Origin: Amoebophrya sp. A120
Lineage: Eukaryota; Protista; Dinoflagellata
DNA: 64,000 bases
Direction: 5' to 3'
Assembly: GCA_905178155.1 (NCBI GenBank)
Contig: CAJINV010000003.1
Span: 1,018,968-1,082,967, forward strand
Both the position numbers and the translations under genes were made by a program. Below are positions 12,155 to 23,459 of the stretch, piece by piece. Under the pieces are notes generated by a model. The model saw only the letters and a program-made list of their open reading frames with translations. It made no database searches and was not told the origin of the DNA. Positions within the stretch are counted from its first letter, which is position 1. Each line of letters opens with the position of its first letter.

Positions 12155-13954
12155 GGGGCCTCAATCTTCAGATGAACCGTGGTAAACGAGATTCTTCAGG
12201 CGAAGAGCGAAGACCACATCGACATCAACAAAGAGCAGTAGTATAGAAGTAGAGCCCATCTGCAACAACTGCCGTGATTTCAAGTTCTTCACATTCTGTG
12301 TAGCGGGTCGGGGTTGTGCTCGTCCTGCTCCTGTTGGAGAGCGAGAGGTGCTTTAAACGTTGCAAATATCTCAGTTTCGAATTCCTTCGGTGGGGGAGTG
12401 GATCGAGTTGGGCGGGAAAGAACTGGCTTCTAGTTATATCGAATACTTCTTTATGGAGGTGCTTGTCGTGCTAAATTTCTGCTCTGCATATGTAAAGGAC
12501 GTAGAAGAAAATCCAAAGATCAATAAAAGTGGAAATGGGTCCTGTAGTGATGAAGACGACAAACGATCATGCTTTCGATTTCCTTGTACTTAGTTCGCCT
12601 GGAGATTACTTTCTGTGTCGTGCTGCGAGTGACGACAGAGTCAATACGTATACGATGGTGAAATACTCTCGACGTCGCACACAGTTGCACTACTTGTCCT
12701 GATGCGAGACTCTCCTCTCTCGATCGACTGATCTTCGTCACGCTGAACCTGAAGCTCTACATCTCTCGTCATGCATCTTCTTCGACAAAAATGGAGTAAT
12801 ACTGGATACTTCAATTTTTATGCCGTTGACGAACAAGTTGTACTGCTTCAAAGAGGCACCAGGAGCGCACAGTTCCTACCTTGATTCTAGTTGCTCAGGT
12901 TCAAGATGATCGATGAATTCGGTTTTAGTTTCTTTACATTAAATGCGAAGTAGGCCGCAGCATCCGCTGGTTGTGAACGAGGACTGTTACGAAGATGCTT
13001 GTCTGACGATTCCTACTAAGCCGCCTCATATCATCGTTCTTTTCCTTTTGGACGATGAGGAGGACTAGCCGCGCCGGGTGCACTAAGCAATATGATTTTG
13101 TTCCAGTCTTCTTGTAGTAATTGTAAGTAATTCTAATTATACCTTTCGTCGTAGCATTGAAATCATGCAATATCCTCACACTTTTTGCAGCGACATGATG
13201 GCCTGCTCTTTCTATATGCATTTTCATTCGACGCCGTGGTTAGACCACTATTTAGCTTTCGACTTGCAAAGAAAGAGCTCGTCCTTACAAAAACTCTTTT
13301 TCATATTGACACGTACGCATCCATTATCTTGTGCTTTATTTCACCCATTTGTGTCAGTCTTACTGCGTGCTTTCGATCGTAATAAACCTCGTGATTGTTG
13401 TAATCCTGTTTGCCTTATTTGTAGTATAGGGATGTGAGTTTTAGCGGTAGTTTTTGCTTGAATAGATGGAAAAAAATGAAAAAGTCGGACCGTTGCAAGA
13501 AACATCGCTATGATTGTTCTTCGGTTCGGTATTGAAAAAGTGAAAATGAAACTGGCGAGTCACATCGACGTAAGCGCCGCGCATCTCGGGGCAAGCTGTG
13601 GAAAATCCTATACGAGTCGGCAGACAATCATGAGTGTCTGTAGAAGGCAAGGTGGTGACAGACAGATCAAGATCATTGGCAGCCAGTACAAATAAATCTC
13701 GATCTCCTTTCAATAAAATCATTAGTGGTGGCGGTGTGTTCCTTCTTTGCGTATTGCTTTGCCGTTTGTTCTTTCAACCGGTATAATTTTACGCATAAAA
13801 GTGATGAACTCCAAACAAATTACAGAAACACGATTTGCAACTACCTGGTGCGCACTTTCCTCACCCGTCCTCCGCCCTGTTAGAAGAAGTCTCTCATACT
13901 CATCATGCGCCGGAGAGCTGCCATGATTTTCCATGATCATTACTACATTTTCCG

Positions 13955-16900
13955 TTACTGCTCCGCAGGGGTAGGGGCAGCGGACACGGGCTTTTCGAGA
14001 CGCGTCAGCACCCAGATGGAGCACTGGCTGTGGCCGCGGAAGGGCAACTCCATCTCCATCGACGGCGTCGTACTCTCGACCTCAAAACCAGTGGCCTCCG
14101 CTTCCGCCTGGATGTCAAGCGAAAACAGGTCTGGGTCTGGAAGAATGCATGCTTGTCTGGCATGACTCAGACTCTCAAATCTGCCATGCACGTTACCCAA
14201 GAGCGCCATTTTTCTGTCGTGCAGAAACGCAGTTTGTCATTCAGAATAGGCAACACCTAGCAGCTTGCTCAGAAACTTGTCATGCTGAGCCAGCTCTTGT
14301 GGCCTCCTCATGATACGCCACCCAGCATCACAAGTTTCCAGACCCAGACATATTTGCATTGGATACTGGATATCTGGGTACAAATCCAAACCCGCCCGCG
14401 AGCACTGACCAAGAACCACCTTTTATGTTTTTCATGTTGATTATCCCAGAGAAAAGAGCTGGCAGGGCATATTTGTAATGCGAAAATAAATACACAGAAA
14501 GACTTGTCATGGGCGGCCCCATAGCATGCTTCTTCGGATATGCAATACAGATTTTTTTGTGTGTTTATTTTTGCATTACAAATATGACCTGCCAGCTTTT
14601 TTCTGTGGGATATTGATGCGGGGACGTCGTGTAATCCGTTTGTACAAGTAGGCTAGAAACTCAAGAATAGTAGCTACCAGGTTGACGCTGTTGATCGAGT
14701 TCATCCTCGTTGTTCATGATGCAATGCATTCGCATTGGCATTGCGAAGAAGTAAGTGAGGAAAAAAATAAAAATCCTCGATTCATACTTTCATTCCCGCC
14801 GTGGTGCACTTCAAGAGGCCCTGAAAGAACGGAGCCACATGGGTGGGGTGCCACATAACGTCGGATGCAATCACGAAGGAATACGGAAAGTTTCCTCCCT
14901 CTTCGAGCGGAATCGGAAACTCTTGCTCCCAGTCGTAGGGCTGTATTTATTTGTGGTTTTGTTGTGGTGTTGAAATTCATGATTTGTTTCGTGCCACCTA
15001 GAGCTATTATCTTCACATAATTCTGTAAAATCAATCAATTGTTACTTACAACTGCGTGCCTGAACTGGAATTTAGAATGAAAGAGCCAAAGTAATCCACT
15101 TAGCGCTACAAGAGAAAAATCTTCCAACTTACTCGTCTTTACCATCACAGTGACTTGGTCCTGCAATTGGTTGAGCGCGACATTATTGTCTGTGACATGC
15201 ACAATGGTCTCGTAGTCGGACAAGATAACTTTCGTGTCCGGGCACGTGACTGCGCGGCAGATTCCCGCAATGCCGGTGCCGCAGCCCAATTCTAAGCAGT
15301 CGCCCTGGTACAGGTCCTTGAAGGCAGCGAGATATTGACCCAGAACGATACCTGACAAAGCGATATTTTTAAAGTGGCAGAACGGAAACCACGAGCGATA
15401 TGAAAGTAGTCGCAACCGCAAGAGCGACATTGCAAAAGTGGCACTAGAAGATCTATGCATCGATAATAGTGCTATGTATAAACTTGTGCGTCCTCGAATT
15501 TATCTGTACCTGCGTCCCACAGAGAAGTTCCGTCATCCACACTTTCGTAGCAGTCGATGAAGACCGGCTTGTCGTCCAAACGAAAGTCCCCGTCGAAGTT
15601 AAACTGCGTCAAGAGACTATCTATCAAATGCAAATATGTCTGGGTCTGGAAAGGAATGGCATGCATATTTTGCATGACCCATGATGCCTGTAATGCATAA
15701 CCTAGCATCACAGATTTTGCCATGGCGTCCTGATGCCTATTCCGCATGAGAAATACACTCGCCCCCGCATAGCACAAACTGGGATCCTATTGCTCCTTGT
15801 CATGCAACACAGTCTTTTTTAGAATCCAAAAATAGCATCACAAGTTGCGACCTTCCAGACCCAGACATATTTGCATTTGATACTATCGCTGTTGACGCTA
15901 ACGTGCTTCACCAGGTTCTCCGTGTTGGCCGGGGTCAGGCCGGCACCCAGCATGGGCTTGAACGCGGTTTTCGGTAGGCCGAACCCGGGTCCGCCGATGG
16001 TCGTGAACGGTGAGGCCACTACCGCGGGCCCGCCGGCCGGCGTGCCCGGTGCGGACAGGAGCTTTCCAAAGCTGTACCCGACCTTTCCCACACCCGCCCG
16101 CATCAGCTTCGCGGCTGCCGAGGACTTTTCGGCGGTCAGCGGCGTGCCCGCGGAACCCGCGAACTGGGACAGCTTTGGCTTGGGCATCTGATTGAACGGC
16201 AACTGGGACATCTGGCCAAACCTCGGTGGTCGGGGTGGCTTACCCGCTGTTATCAACTGTAAAAATGTCTGGGTCTGGAAGAGTCATGCTGTTTCTGCAT
16301 GACACAGAAGGTCTGTCATGGAAGCTCTAGCATCACAGGTTTCGAGAAGCTTCCGCAATGCCGAACCCGCATCACAAATCCCCCATTTTGGTGGCAGAAA
16401 GTGAGCAGCTTTTGCTATCTATGCATGAGAGATTTTTGTGTGTTCTGAAATGCGCATCACAAGTTGCATTCTTCCAGACCCAGACATTTTTACACTTCAT
16501 AGCCGTCGCCTGCGCTACCGCCGGAACTTCCACCTTGTTCAGCTGTACCGGTTGGATCAACGGGTTTTCTAACGCGGCCGAAATCAAATTCGGCATCTCC
16601 GCGGCCTAGAGGAGTTAGTAGCATTTTGTAAGTTGTAGCTGCTTGGTGTTCGTGTTGGTGGCAGACGAGAGCTTCGAATACATGTCTGTCGCAGTAGAAG
16701 CATCCTCTATGTTGTTTGTTATGCGGGTCGTCTTCTTCAACGTCATGCAATCGCAGTAGAAGCAAGTCTGGAAAACTACGACGAGCTACACTATCATACT
16801 AGAAATGAAGCAGGAACTATCATACCACCCCGCCCTCGCCAACCGTTCCGGGGGCCGCTATCTTTTTGATGCCGAAATTCTCGAGCAGGCCCGATACTCG

Positions 16901-18776
16901 CTTGGCGGTGTTGTCCTCTTCCACCGCTGGCTCCTCCTCAACTGGCTTCTCTTCTCCGTCTGTTGGCTCCTTTGGCTCTGCACCCTCCTCTGGCAGCTCG
17001 CCCTCCACTGGCGCCACCTCGCCTTCCATGACCGCGTCATCTACTTGTTCCCCTTCTACTGCTGGAGCGGCAGCCTTGCCCAAGGTGGGTTGTATCTTGT
17101 GACCAGGAATCACCTGTGGGAGTAGCGGCGATACGCTTTATCTTCGCGACGGCGAAACTGAAGGAAATTCAGTTTCTTTACTCCGAAAGCATGGGTCTAG
17201 ATGTATGGGGTGCCGAACTTGCCCAGAACTTGCGCAGAACTTGTCGGGCCGGTTTCCGGTTGGGGCAATACAAGAGGGCGCCGGGGTTCCAGGCAACGAG
17301 GGCCCAACCTTCCGCCGGTCTATACTGCTCAAGTGGATGCCGGCTGCACGTTGGTGCGAGACAGCAGCCCACCAAGACGAACCACCTAAGCGACGGCCAA
17401 GCGCTACGGCAACACGCTTGCACATCAGCCGAAGACGAGCACGATGCAGCATGCTTCCCCACAGCCGAGCCCCCGTCCGTGCTCGCGGCTGTGGGCACGA
17501 CAAGAAGGGAGGCCTTTCTTTGAGGTGTTGCACCGGAGGGGGGGCGCGAGAGCGAGTGTCGCCCTGTGGCGAGACAGCGCGTCTACGGCCGGGAGCATGC
17601 CACACCAGCGCAGCAGGAGACAGGATGAAGGGAGAGCGCCATCGTGTAACGCGCGTTACACGATGGCATGCGGCTTCGTTTGCTGGAATGCGATAAAACA
17701 AAGCGTTTCGGGAGCGCGCGCGATGACAACAAGATAATCCTCGGCGGGCCCGCCCGACGACTGGGGCCGGCCCATCCACGCCGGGCGCCGAGAGGGGGGC
17801 AGGCTTGGCAGGCTGCGCCGAGCCAACACCCAGGCGGCCTCCGATGCCGTGACACCTCGCAGCCTGCCCTCCTTCAGAAACCCAAAAACCCCCGGGGTGG
17901 CCCTCTGGCCGCTTTAGGGTTGCGAGGCCCCCGAACCGGATCAAACCACAGCGGCGCTCCCATCAAAGAGCACGTCGGCGGCTCGCTGGCGGTGCCGAAG
18001 GCCGGCACTTCGGTTCGACGATGCGAAGCACTCTCGCCGACAAAGACAAGGCCCGGACCACCCTCGTGGCCCCCTCGACGGGGCTAGCTATTTCCGCAAA
18101 TAACCCCCGAGGAGCACCTTGCTCGCGGGGCGCCTGCGCAGGAGCCTGCCCCGGGCCTTGTTCCGGACCAACCTTCCTACCTCCCCCGGAGGCCCATTGC
18201 TCGGAAACTTGCCCCGGGACTCATTTCGGAACTTCCCCGGAACATGCCTGCGACCTTGTCTGAGACCTCGTCTGAGAACTTGTCCCAGAACTTGTTTGGA
18301 ACTTGCCCAAACTTTTTTCGTGAGCCGCAAAAGAGAAAGCGGAAAATTGGCGATACGCTTTATCTTCGCGACGGCGAAACTGAAGGAAATTCAGTTTCTG
18401 CACAAGTAAATTCATGAGCAGCTGCAGGATGAAGCTTCGCACAGAAGAAGCTGCAGACAAAAGCGAAACGGAAACTAGTACAATGATAGCAATAAACTAG
18501 ATGTACCTCAACCGCGTCAAACGCCAACGGCTTGAACTTCAAGGCTGCTTCACGCGACTGCCCGCTGACCTTGTTTGGTAAAAACACGCCGGGTAACTTG
18601 ATTTTCCCCAGCTTGTCCTCCACCTTCGGGAGCTTGGGCCCCTCCGGTGCCACGGCCTCCTCTGCCGGCTCGGCCATTACCTCTTCCTCCTCTACATCCG
18701 GTTCTACTCCCACTGCAGCTTCCGCGGGGGGAACCTCCACCTCCTCAACGGCAGGACTTTTCACGCCCTCAACCAT
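13955..18776 (-). CDS. METTL21/Methyltransf_16-family SAM-dependent protein methyltransferase with long acidic/Pro-rich N-terminus
   Basis: Spliced product reads GTSLWDAG|IVLGQYL...CLELGCGTGIAGI...VILSDY...VTVM|PYDWEQ...FVIASDVMW...AGMK|VVLGQCSR. GT-AG introns 17114-18506, 16606-16825, 15352-15509, 14941-15142 and 14420-14787, plus three exonic TIR elements. Confidence 0.82.
14113..14365. mobile_element. Introner-like TIR element, family A (left end degenerate, TGTC)
   Basis: TGTCAAGCGAAAACAGGTCTGGGTCTGGAAG ... TTCCAGACCCAGACATATTTGCATTGGATA. CTGGA repeat at 14108-14112 and 14366-14370. Interior closely resembles 11567-11824. Join reads YPDIQ|AEAEATGF. Confidence 0.9.
14442..14612. mobile_element. 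MITE-like TIR element nested in a canonical intron
   Basis: ~55-bp TIR TATCCCAGAGAAAAGAGCTGGCAGGGCATATTTGTAATGC... / ...GCATTACAAATATGACCTGCCAGCTTTTTTCTGTGGGATA. TTGAT repeat at 14437-14441 and 14613-14617. Lies inside GT-AG intron 14420-14787. Confidence 0.9.
15622..15882. mobile_element. Introner-like TIR element, family A
   Basis: TATCAAATGCAAATATGTCTGGGTCTGGAA ... TTCCAGACCCAGACATATTTGCATTTGATA (perfect 30-bp TIR). CTATC repeat at 15617-15621 and 15883-15887. Join reads VNSDS|LLTQFNF. Confidence 0.94.
16251..16501. mobile_element. Introner-like TIR element, family A
   Basis: TATCAACTGTAAAAATGTCTGGGTCTGGAAGA ... TCTTCCAGACCCAGACATTTTTACACTTCATA. GCTGT/GCCGT repeat (one mismatch). Join reads AQATA|GKPPRP. 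Confidence 0.92.
17127..18399. mobile_element. GC-rich insert bounded by perfect 51-bp direct repeats, inside a canonical intron
   Basis: GGCGATACGCTTTATCTTCGCGACGGCGAAACTGAAGGAAATTCAGTTTCT at 17127-17177 and 18349-18399. Removing 1222 bp reduces the 1393-bp intron to 171 bp, in line with neighbouring introns. Confidence 0.75.
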
Positions 18777-19991
18777 GATCCTTCAACCGATAGTACCGAT
18801 TTTTACTTGTGGACTCTTAATTGCTGGTTGTTTCTGTTGTCTTTCACTTTTGTATTTTTGTTGTTTTTTTTCCGCACCCGTAGTTCATCAGGTTCAGACT
18901 CACTGACAAAACTTTAGCAAACTCTCAGCAAAGATTCTCTTTTGTAATTTCCATATTAACTACAAGCTTCATGTAGTTCTGCCGTGCCGTCAACACTCTG
19001 TGCTATTCCACTTTCTCTCAACGCCCGTGTGATGTGCCCTGCACACCCTCAAATCAAGCCCAACCAAGTACATACTTTGAGTAGATGCACCTTTACATCA
19101 AGGGAGTTCTGATAAATCAGAGCACGCCTCTCCCTCCGCTCCGCCGTTTCACCAACGAGCTGTGCGTGCTGCGCAGGCCCAAATTTCCGAACAAATGCAA
19201 AAGTTCTATTAAGCGTTGCGCTTGTCCTTGTTTATTTTTTGCGCAAGAAGAATGGATGCAAACGAAGTGCATCTTCAAGGAGGCAATCCTATTTCACTAT
19301 CACTTTATTCGCGACAAACAACATAAAGACAGCAACATACAATATTTACACTCGTTCCATTCTTAAACATTTTGATTTTCTGGTCTCTTCGCAGGCACAA
19401 AAAAATAGGTCTATATTGATTCCAATCAGGACATCAAGCCGAGGCCCAAACACAGTTCCAAAGGTCAAAAAGAAACAGCAGACTTGCTAAAAACGAGAAA
19501 ATTTAAACTCGAACTGCGCAAAGGCAAAAAAATCTTTTCCTACCTGCAGAAAAAGATGCCACAAGTAATTAACGACCCCTAGAGCTATTTCTAGATACGC
19601 CGCTATCCTGTGGTTCTCACGCTGCCAGGCAATTAAGTAGCTATATTCTCTGTTGCTGACTGCAGGTGCAGCAGTACTTATGTACAATTCAGGTGCATTT
19701 TCACAGTTGTGTCGATAGCAGTGAGTTACATTATCGTAGTTTTTCTTTATTTTCTTGCCATATGCATATCATGACGCTGCAGGTGCGGTATATCTAATAA
19801 ATAAAATCGTTTGAGTGCTGGCCTGCGAAGGCTTGACAATGAAAGACAGGAAGCAGCTTTCGATGAAACTAAATGGCTAAACGCAAACGTGGTGCAGGCT
19901 ATGTGAATACTTTGCTTCTCTCATGATGTAGTGTCCAGGAGTTAGCTTGTTTTGTATGTAGGCACTTACCCGATGGGACTGTCAAGAAACA

Positions 19992-22900
19992 TCAATACCA
20001 GTGTTGATTTTCGCCGTATGCGTATCCCGTGTTCGATTCTGGCATGGGAACAAACATGGCGTCGTCCGACGTTGGCAACTGGTACAATGGTAAGCCACGA
20101 TCCGATCCTGTTCCCAACAAGCCACCGACATCCATTCCAGGAAATGATCCGGAATAGGAGTATGTCGTAGAAGTGTTCCCACTTGCAGGAACTGAAAGTT
20201 GTGGAGCAACAGCTGGACTATGAGAATTCGCTTCTATTTCTTCAGCTGTCCTACCAACTGCGTCGTCATGGTCATCCATTTCCATTTCATCGTCGTCGCG
20301 CTTTTTTACAACTGGTCCAAGGGCGGTGGACGCAGACACTGGCTTATCCCTTATTTTTCCCGCAGGAGCTACTACCGACTCTACTACCGCCTCCGCAGAG
20401 GAAGATGGGGCAACGCTGCTACTGGCACTGCTTGCAGGATTGAACGGTTGCGCTCGGGGATTCAGCGGTGTGCGCAACATCGGGCGAAACGGCTCCGCCT
20501 GGGCACTCAGGGGCGTGAAAAGTCCCGGCGGCGTCCGCCCGCTAGAGGAAGCTCTGCCTGGTGCTGTAGAGGGGCGATCTACTAATCGGTCCGAGGCGCG
20601 GGGCGTTTTCGGACGCTGCGTGTGATAGTACTGCCCGCGGGTGCTGTTAGGAGCTTGTTTGTTCCTGCTACCACTTGACTGGCCCCCCTGTTCCTGAACA
20701 GGCCCACTATAATCATTATTTTCAACAGCGGCCTCTGTTTCTGCTTCCATGCAGCTCGCTAGATCCGCAAGCGGCTCTCGTCCCCTCACCGTCGAGCTCC
20801 GAGCCGAGACATCCTGAAACCGGCTTGACAGAAAAGCGGCGGCGGAGGCCGGAGAGCCGTCGCACGAGCTCAAGTCCGTGACGATGGTCAGACACGGGCT
20901 CCGTTGCCGCTGGAAGCCCTGCACGTTGATGGGCAGCTCCATATTTTGATTTTCTGTTATCGGTGCAACAGATACACCTGGTGTTGAACCGGGCCCCGAA
21001 CAACTTTCGTCTCTCCCCGCCCAGTCCTCTCCCGGGCTCGGAGGCGGGGCCTGGGGAAAGTACGTTCCAGCGGTCAACAGCGGGCAGCTCGCTGTAGCTG
21101 CACGAAATGGCGTTGGCGTCTGCAAATTCGGAAGGTAATTGCTGTAATACGCAGAGTCATACCCGTAGCCGTACCCGTACGCTTGTTGTTGGTCATAGTA
21201 CTGTGGTGCGCAACTGCTTGTGTAGAATGTGGAGTAACTCGGGTCGTGTGCTGCCGCAGCTGGAGGTGCTCCCACCGCGCCCCCAGCACTACCGCTGGCG
21301 GTACTGCCGGCGTGGTCTCTTGACCCTCTGGACGACGACCCAGCCACCACTTGCGCAAAGCTTCGGGCAAACGGCTGCTTCTCCTGGCCGTCACCTCGTG
21401 GTCTATTCCACGCACCAGAAGTTGAAGTACAACCACCCATCGCGCAATCATCATTTTCATGGGGAAAGAATCTGGGCAGAACGGGCTTCGCATCGGAACA
21501 AGATTTTGGGGTCCTTACCGACTCTTTCACGACCTCGCAGAGGCCCAATATGAGGCGGCGGCGAGACTCGGCCCCGTCTTCGTCCGAACAGGTAGCCTTC
21601 GGTGAAGAGAAGGGACGCAACTTTTTGCAAGGCGGCTTTGCTACCGGGGTCGCACCCGGTGTGCCCAATCGCACAGGCTTCCACATATGATCTTCGTCCT
21701 CGTAAGTTGCAGGATCTTTCGCTGTCGGGGGCTTCCCGGCCACCGGCGTGCCTCGGCTCCTCCGCTTGCTATAATGTGACGTGGACGTCGCAGAGGTAAA
21801 ACTTGCTGCGGAGGAAGGTCCCCAAGACGAATAATAAAGCGGATCATGGTTATTATAATCACGGCTGCTGGTGCTGGAAGATGTTTTTTGCGACGCGGAG
21901 AAGGAGACACCACCGAGCAAGGAACCGCTACTCCGCGAAGTCGCGCTGGAACAACCCGACCCCGTCGTGCGCTGATGCGCTACGAAGAGTTCACTGCCAG
22001 AGTTATTTTGCGATTGCTGGCCGCTCGATCCGTTTGACAGGAAGTTATCTGCTTTTTTCTTTAGTTTCCAACGCACTCGCGCCTTGCGGTTCTTCGCCTG
22101 TTGCTGTTGCGAGGAGACCGGTTTAGCACAAGAAGAACTACTCAGGGAAGATGATCCTTTGAGCGCTGACGGTGCGGAATACGTCCTGGGACGCGTTGTT
22201 GGTCTAGAAGATCGCTGCTCGGAGGAAGAGGAATAATCATCCTCGTCGTCACGTGAGCGTGACCGTGAGCCGTTTCCAGTCTGCTCCATTGCATCTTCAT
22301 TTTCCTCAAGAACGTCTTCTCCTGGCAGCTCCTCATCTCGATCTCTCAATTCTCCATTCGCCAAGTGGTCGCTCACTTCCATGACTCCTCCTGCGAAAGT
22401 TGTAGAGGGTGCTGTGTCCTCCATGATATTCTTGCCACGTTCCTGAGACGAGCAGGACGTTGATGTTCTTTCGAGAGTAGATCTCTTCTGAAACTTTTCG
22501 AACAGATCGTTATGCAGCTGGAATTCCTCGACGCCATTCAGATTCATCCCTTCAAACCGCCCATCTACTCGCGCTTTTTTCATGATGGGGACAGCACCAG
22601 TCGGAGTAGCGGAGGACGGGACGGACTGCGCCCTTACCCTCGTGGTGCCTCCAGGAGGTTTGTAGTTATTTCCAACTGCTGCAGATAATCTGCCTGAAGA
22701 TAATCTGCTTGAAGATGACGCAGACGTGGTGGATTGCTGGCAGTGCTGCGGGAGCGGGGCGTCTTTTTGCTGCTGTTGGTTTCCGGTCGCGCTCTTTCTC
22801 GCCACAACCTGCGCATAGCTGCGCCCGGCACCAGGAGCGCTTCCTCGGATACTACCGGTAGAAGAGGAAAGCGCGGAATTGTAACCGCCTGGCGTCGCTG

Positions 22901-23459
22901 TTTGCTCGAACACTGCACGCAATTCTCGCACACTCACTGCCTCGGACTCCACGCGCAAAGACACGTGCTGGTCACCTCCTCCTGCAAGGCTTGCAGCCCC
23001 GATGATCTCTGGCATTGCCACCTGCTCGGTGATCGTAGGGCAGCCCGAAGAGACGCTGTTCTCTACTCCGGGCACGGTCGCTGTGGCCGAAGCGCAACGT
23101 CCTCTGCGTGCGTCAACGGCGGGGCTACTCGACGACGAGTCGCTCATTGACGCCCACCGTGGAGGCGCAGCCGGTGCCAGTGCTGATGCTTGCAGTTTTG
23201 CTTGCGGCTTTGACGACGAAACAGACTCTGCGGTCGGGGCCTCTTGTTGTAGTACGCCAGAAGATGGTCGTGTAGGAGACTCCAAAGGAGCATCTTCACT
23301 TTCCCCCGGCGGTGCTCCCAACTGACTTATGCGAGATTGCCTCCGCGCATTGTTCGGAGATGACCTGGTCCGAAATGCACCCACCGGTCGTAGGGAGATC
23401 GTGTCCACCGCCAGCAAGATGGCGCAAAGCCGTCGAGCAGGCAGCATAGTGATGAGCAT
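19992..23459 (-). CDS. Ser-rich disordered hypothetical protein with two PAM2-like motifs
   Basis: Single 1155-aa ORF with hydrophobic N-terminus. LSAQAEPFRP and LNPRAQPFNP near the C-terminus. Confidence 0.7.
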   Translation of the reverse strand: MLITMLPARRLCAILLAVDTISLRPVGAFRTRSSPNNARRQSRISQLGAPPGESEDAPLESPTRPSSGVLQQEAPTAESVSSSKPQAKLQASALAPAAPPRWASMSDSSSSSPAVDARRGRCASATATVPGVENSVSSGCPTITEQVAMPEIIGAASLAGGGDQHVSLRVESEAVSVRELRAVFEQTATPGGYNSALSSSTGSIRGSAPGAGRSYAQVVARKSATGNQQQQKDAPLPQHCQQSTTSASSSSRLSSGRLSAAVGNNYKPPGGTTRVRAQSVPSSATPTGAVPIMKKARVDGRFEGMNLNGVEEFQLHNDLFEKFQKRSTLERTSTSCSSQERGKNIMEDTAPSTTFAGGVMEVSDHLANGELRDRDEELPGEDVLEENEDAMEQTGNGSRSRSRDDEDDYSSSSEQRSSRPTTRPRTYSAPSALKGSSSLSSSSCAKPVSSQQQQAKNRKARVRWKLKKKADNFLSNGSSGQQSQNNSGSELFVAHQRTTGSGCSSATSRSSGSLLGGVSFSASQKTSSSTSSRDYNNHDPLYYSSWGPSSAASFTSATSTSHYSKRRSRGTPVAGKPPTAKDPATYEDEDHMWKPVRLGTPGATPVAKPPCKKLRPFSSPKATCSDEDGAESRRRLILGLCEVVKESVRTPKSCSDAKPVLPRFFPHENDDCAMGGCTSTSGAWNRPRGDGQEKQPFARSFAQVVAGSSSRGSRDHAGSTASGSAGGAVGAPPAAAAHDPSYSTFYTSSCAPQYYDQQQAYGYGYGYDSAYYSNYLPNLQTPTPFRAATASCPLLTAGTYFPQAPPPSPGEDWAGRDESCSGPGSTPGVSVAPITENQNMELPINVQGFQRQRSPCLTIVTDLSSCDGSPASAAAFLSSRFQDVSARSSTVRGREPLADLASCMEAETEAAVENNDYSGPVQEQGGQSSGSRNKQAPNSTRGQYYHTQRPKTPRASDRLVDRPSTAPGRASSSGRTPPGLFTPLSAQAEPFRPMLRTPLNPRAQPFNPASSASSSVAPSSSAEAVVESVVAPAGKIRDKPVSASTALGPVVKKRDDDEMEMDDHDDAVGRTAEEIEANSHSPAVAPQLSVPASGNTSTTYSYSGSFPGMDVGGLLGTGSDRGLPLYQLPTSDDAMFVPMPESNTGYAYGENQHWY

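Noticed and set aside
14421-14424. Apparent frameshift in the methyltransferase after removing element 14442-14612
   Set aside because: Resolved by canonical GT-AG intron 14420-14787 (AGMK|VVLGQCSR).
9065-15777. Recurrent short ORF peptides (FQTQTFLHL, LPDPDIF, MRNRHQ)
   Set aside because: Translations of family A element sequence in varying frames and strands, not a protein family.
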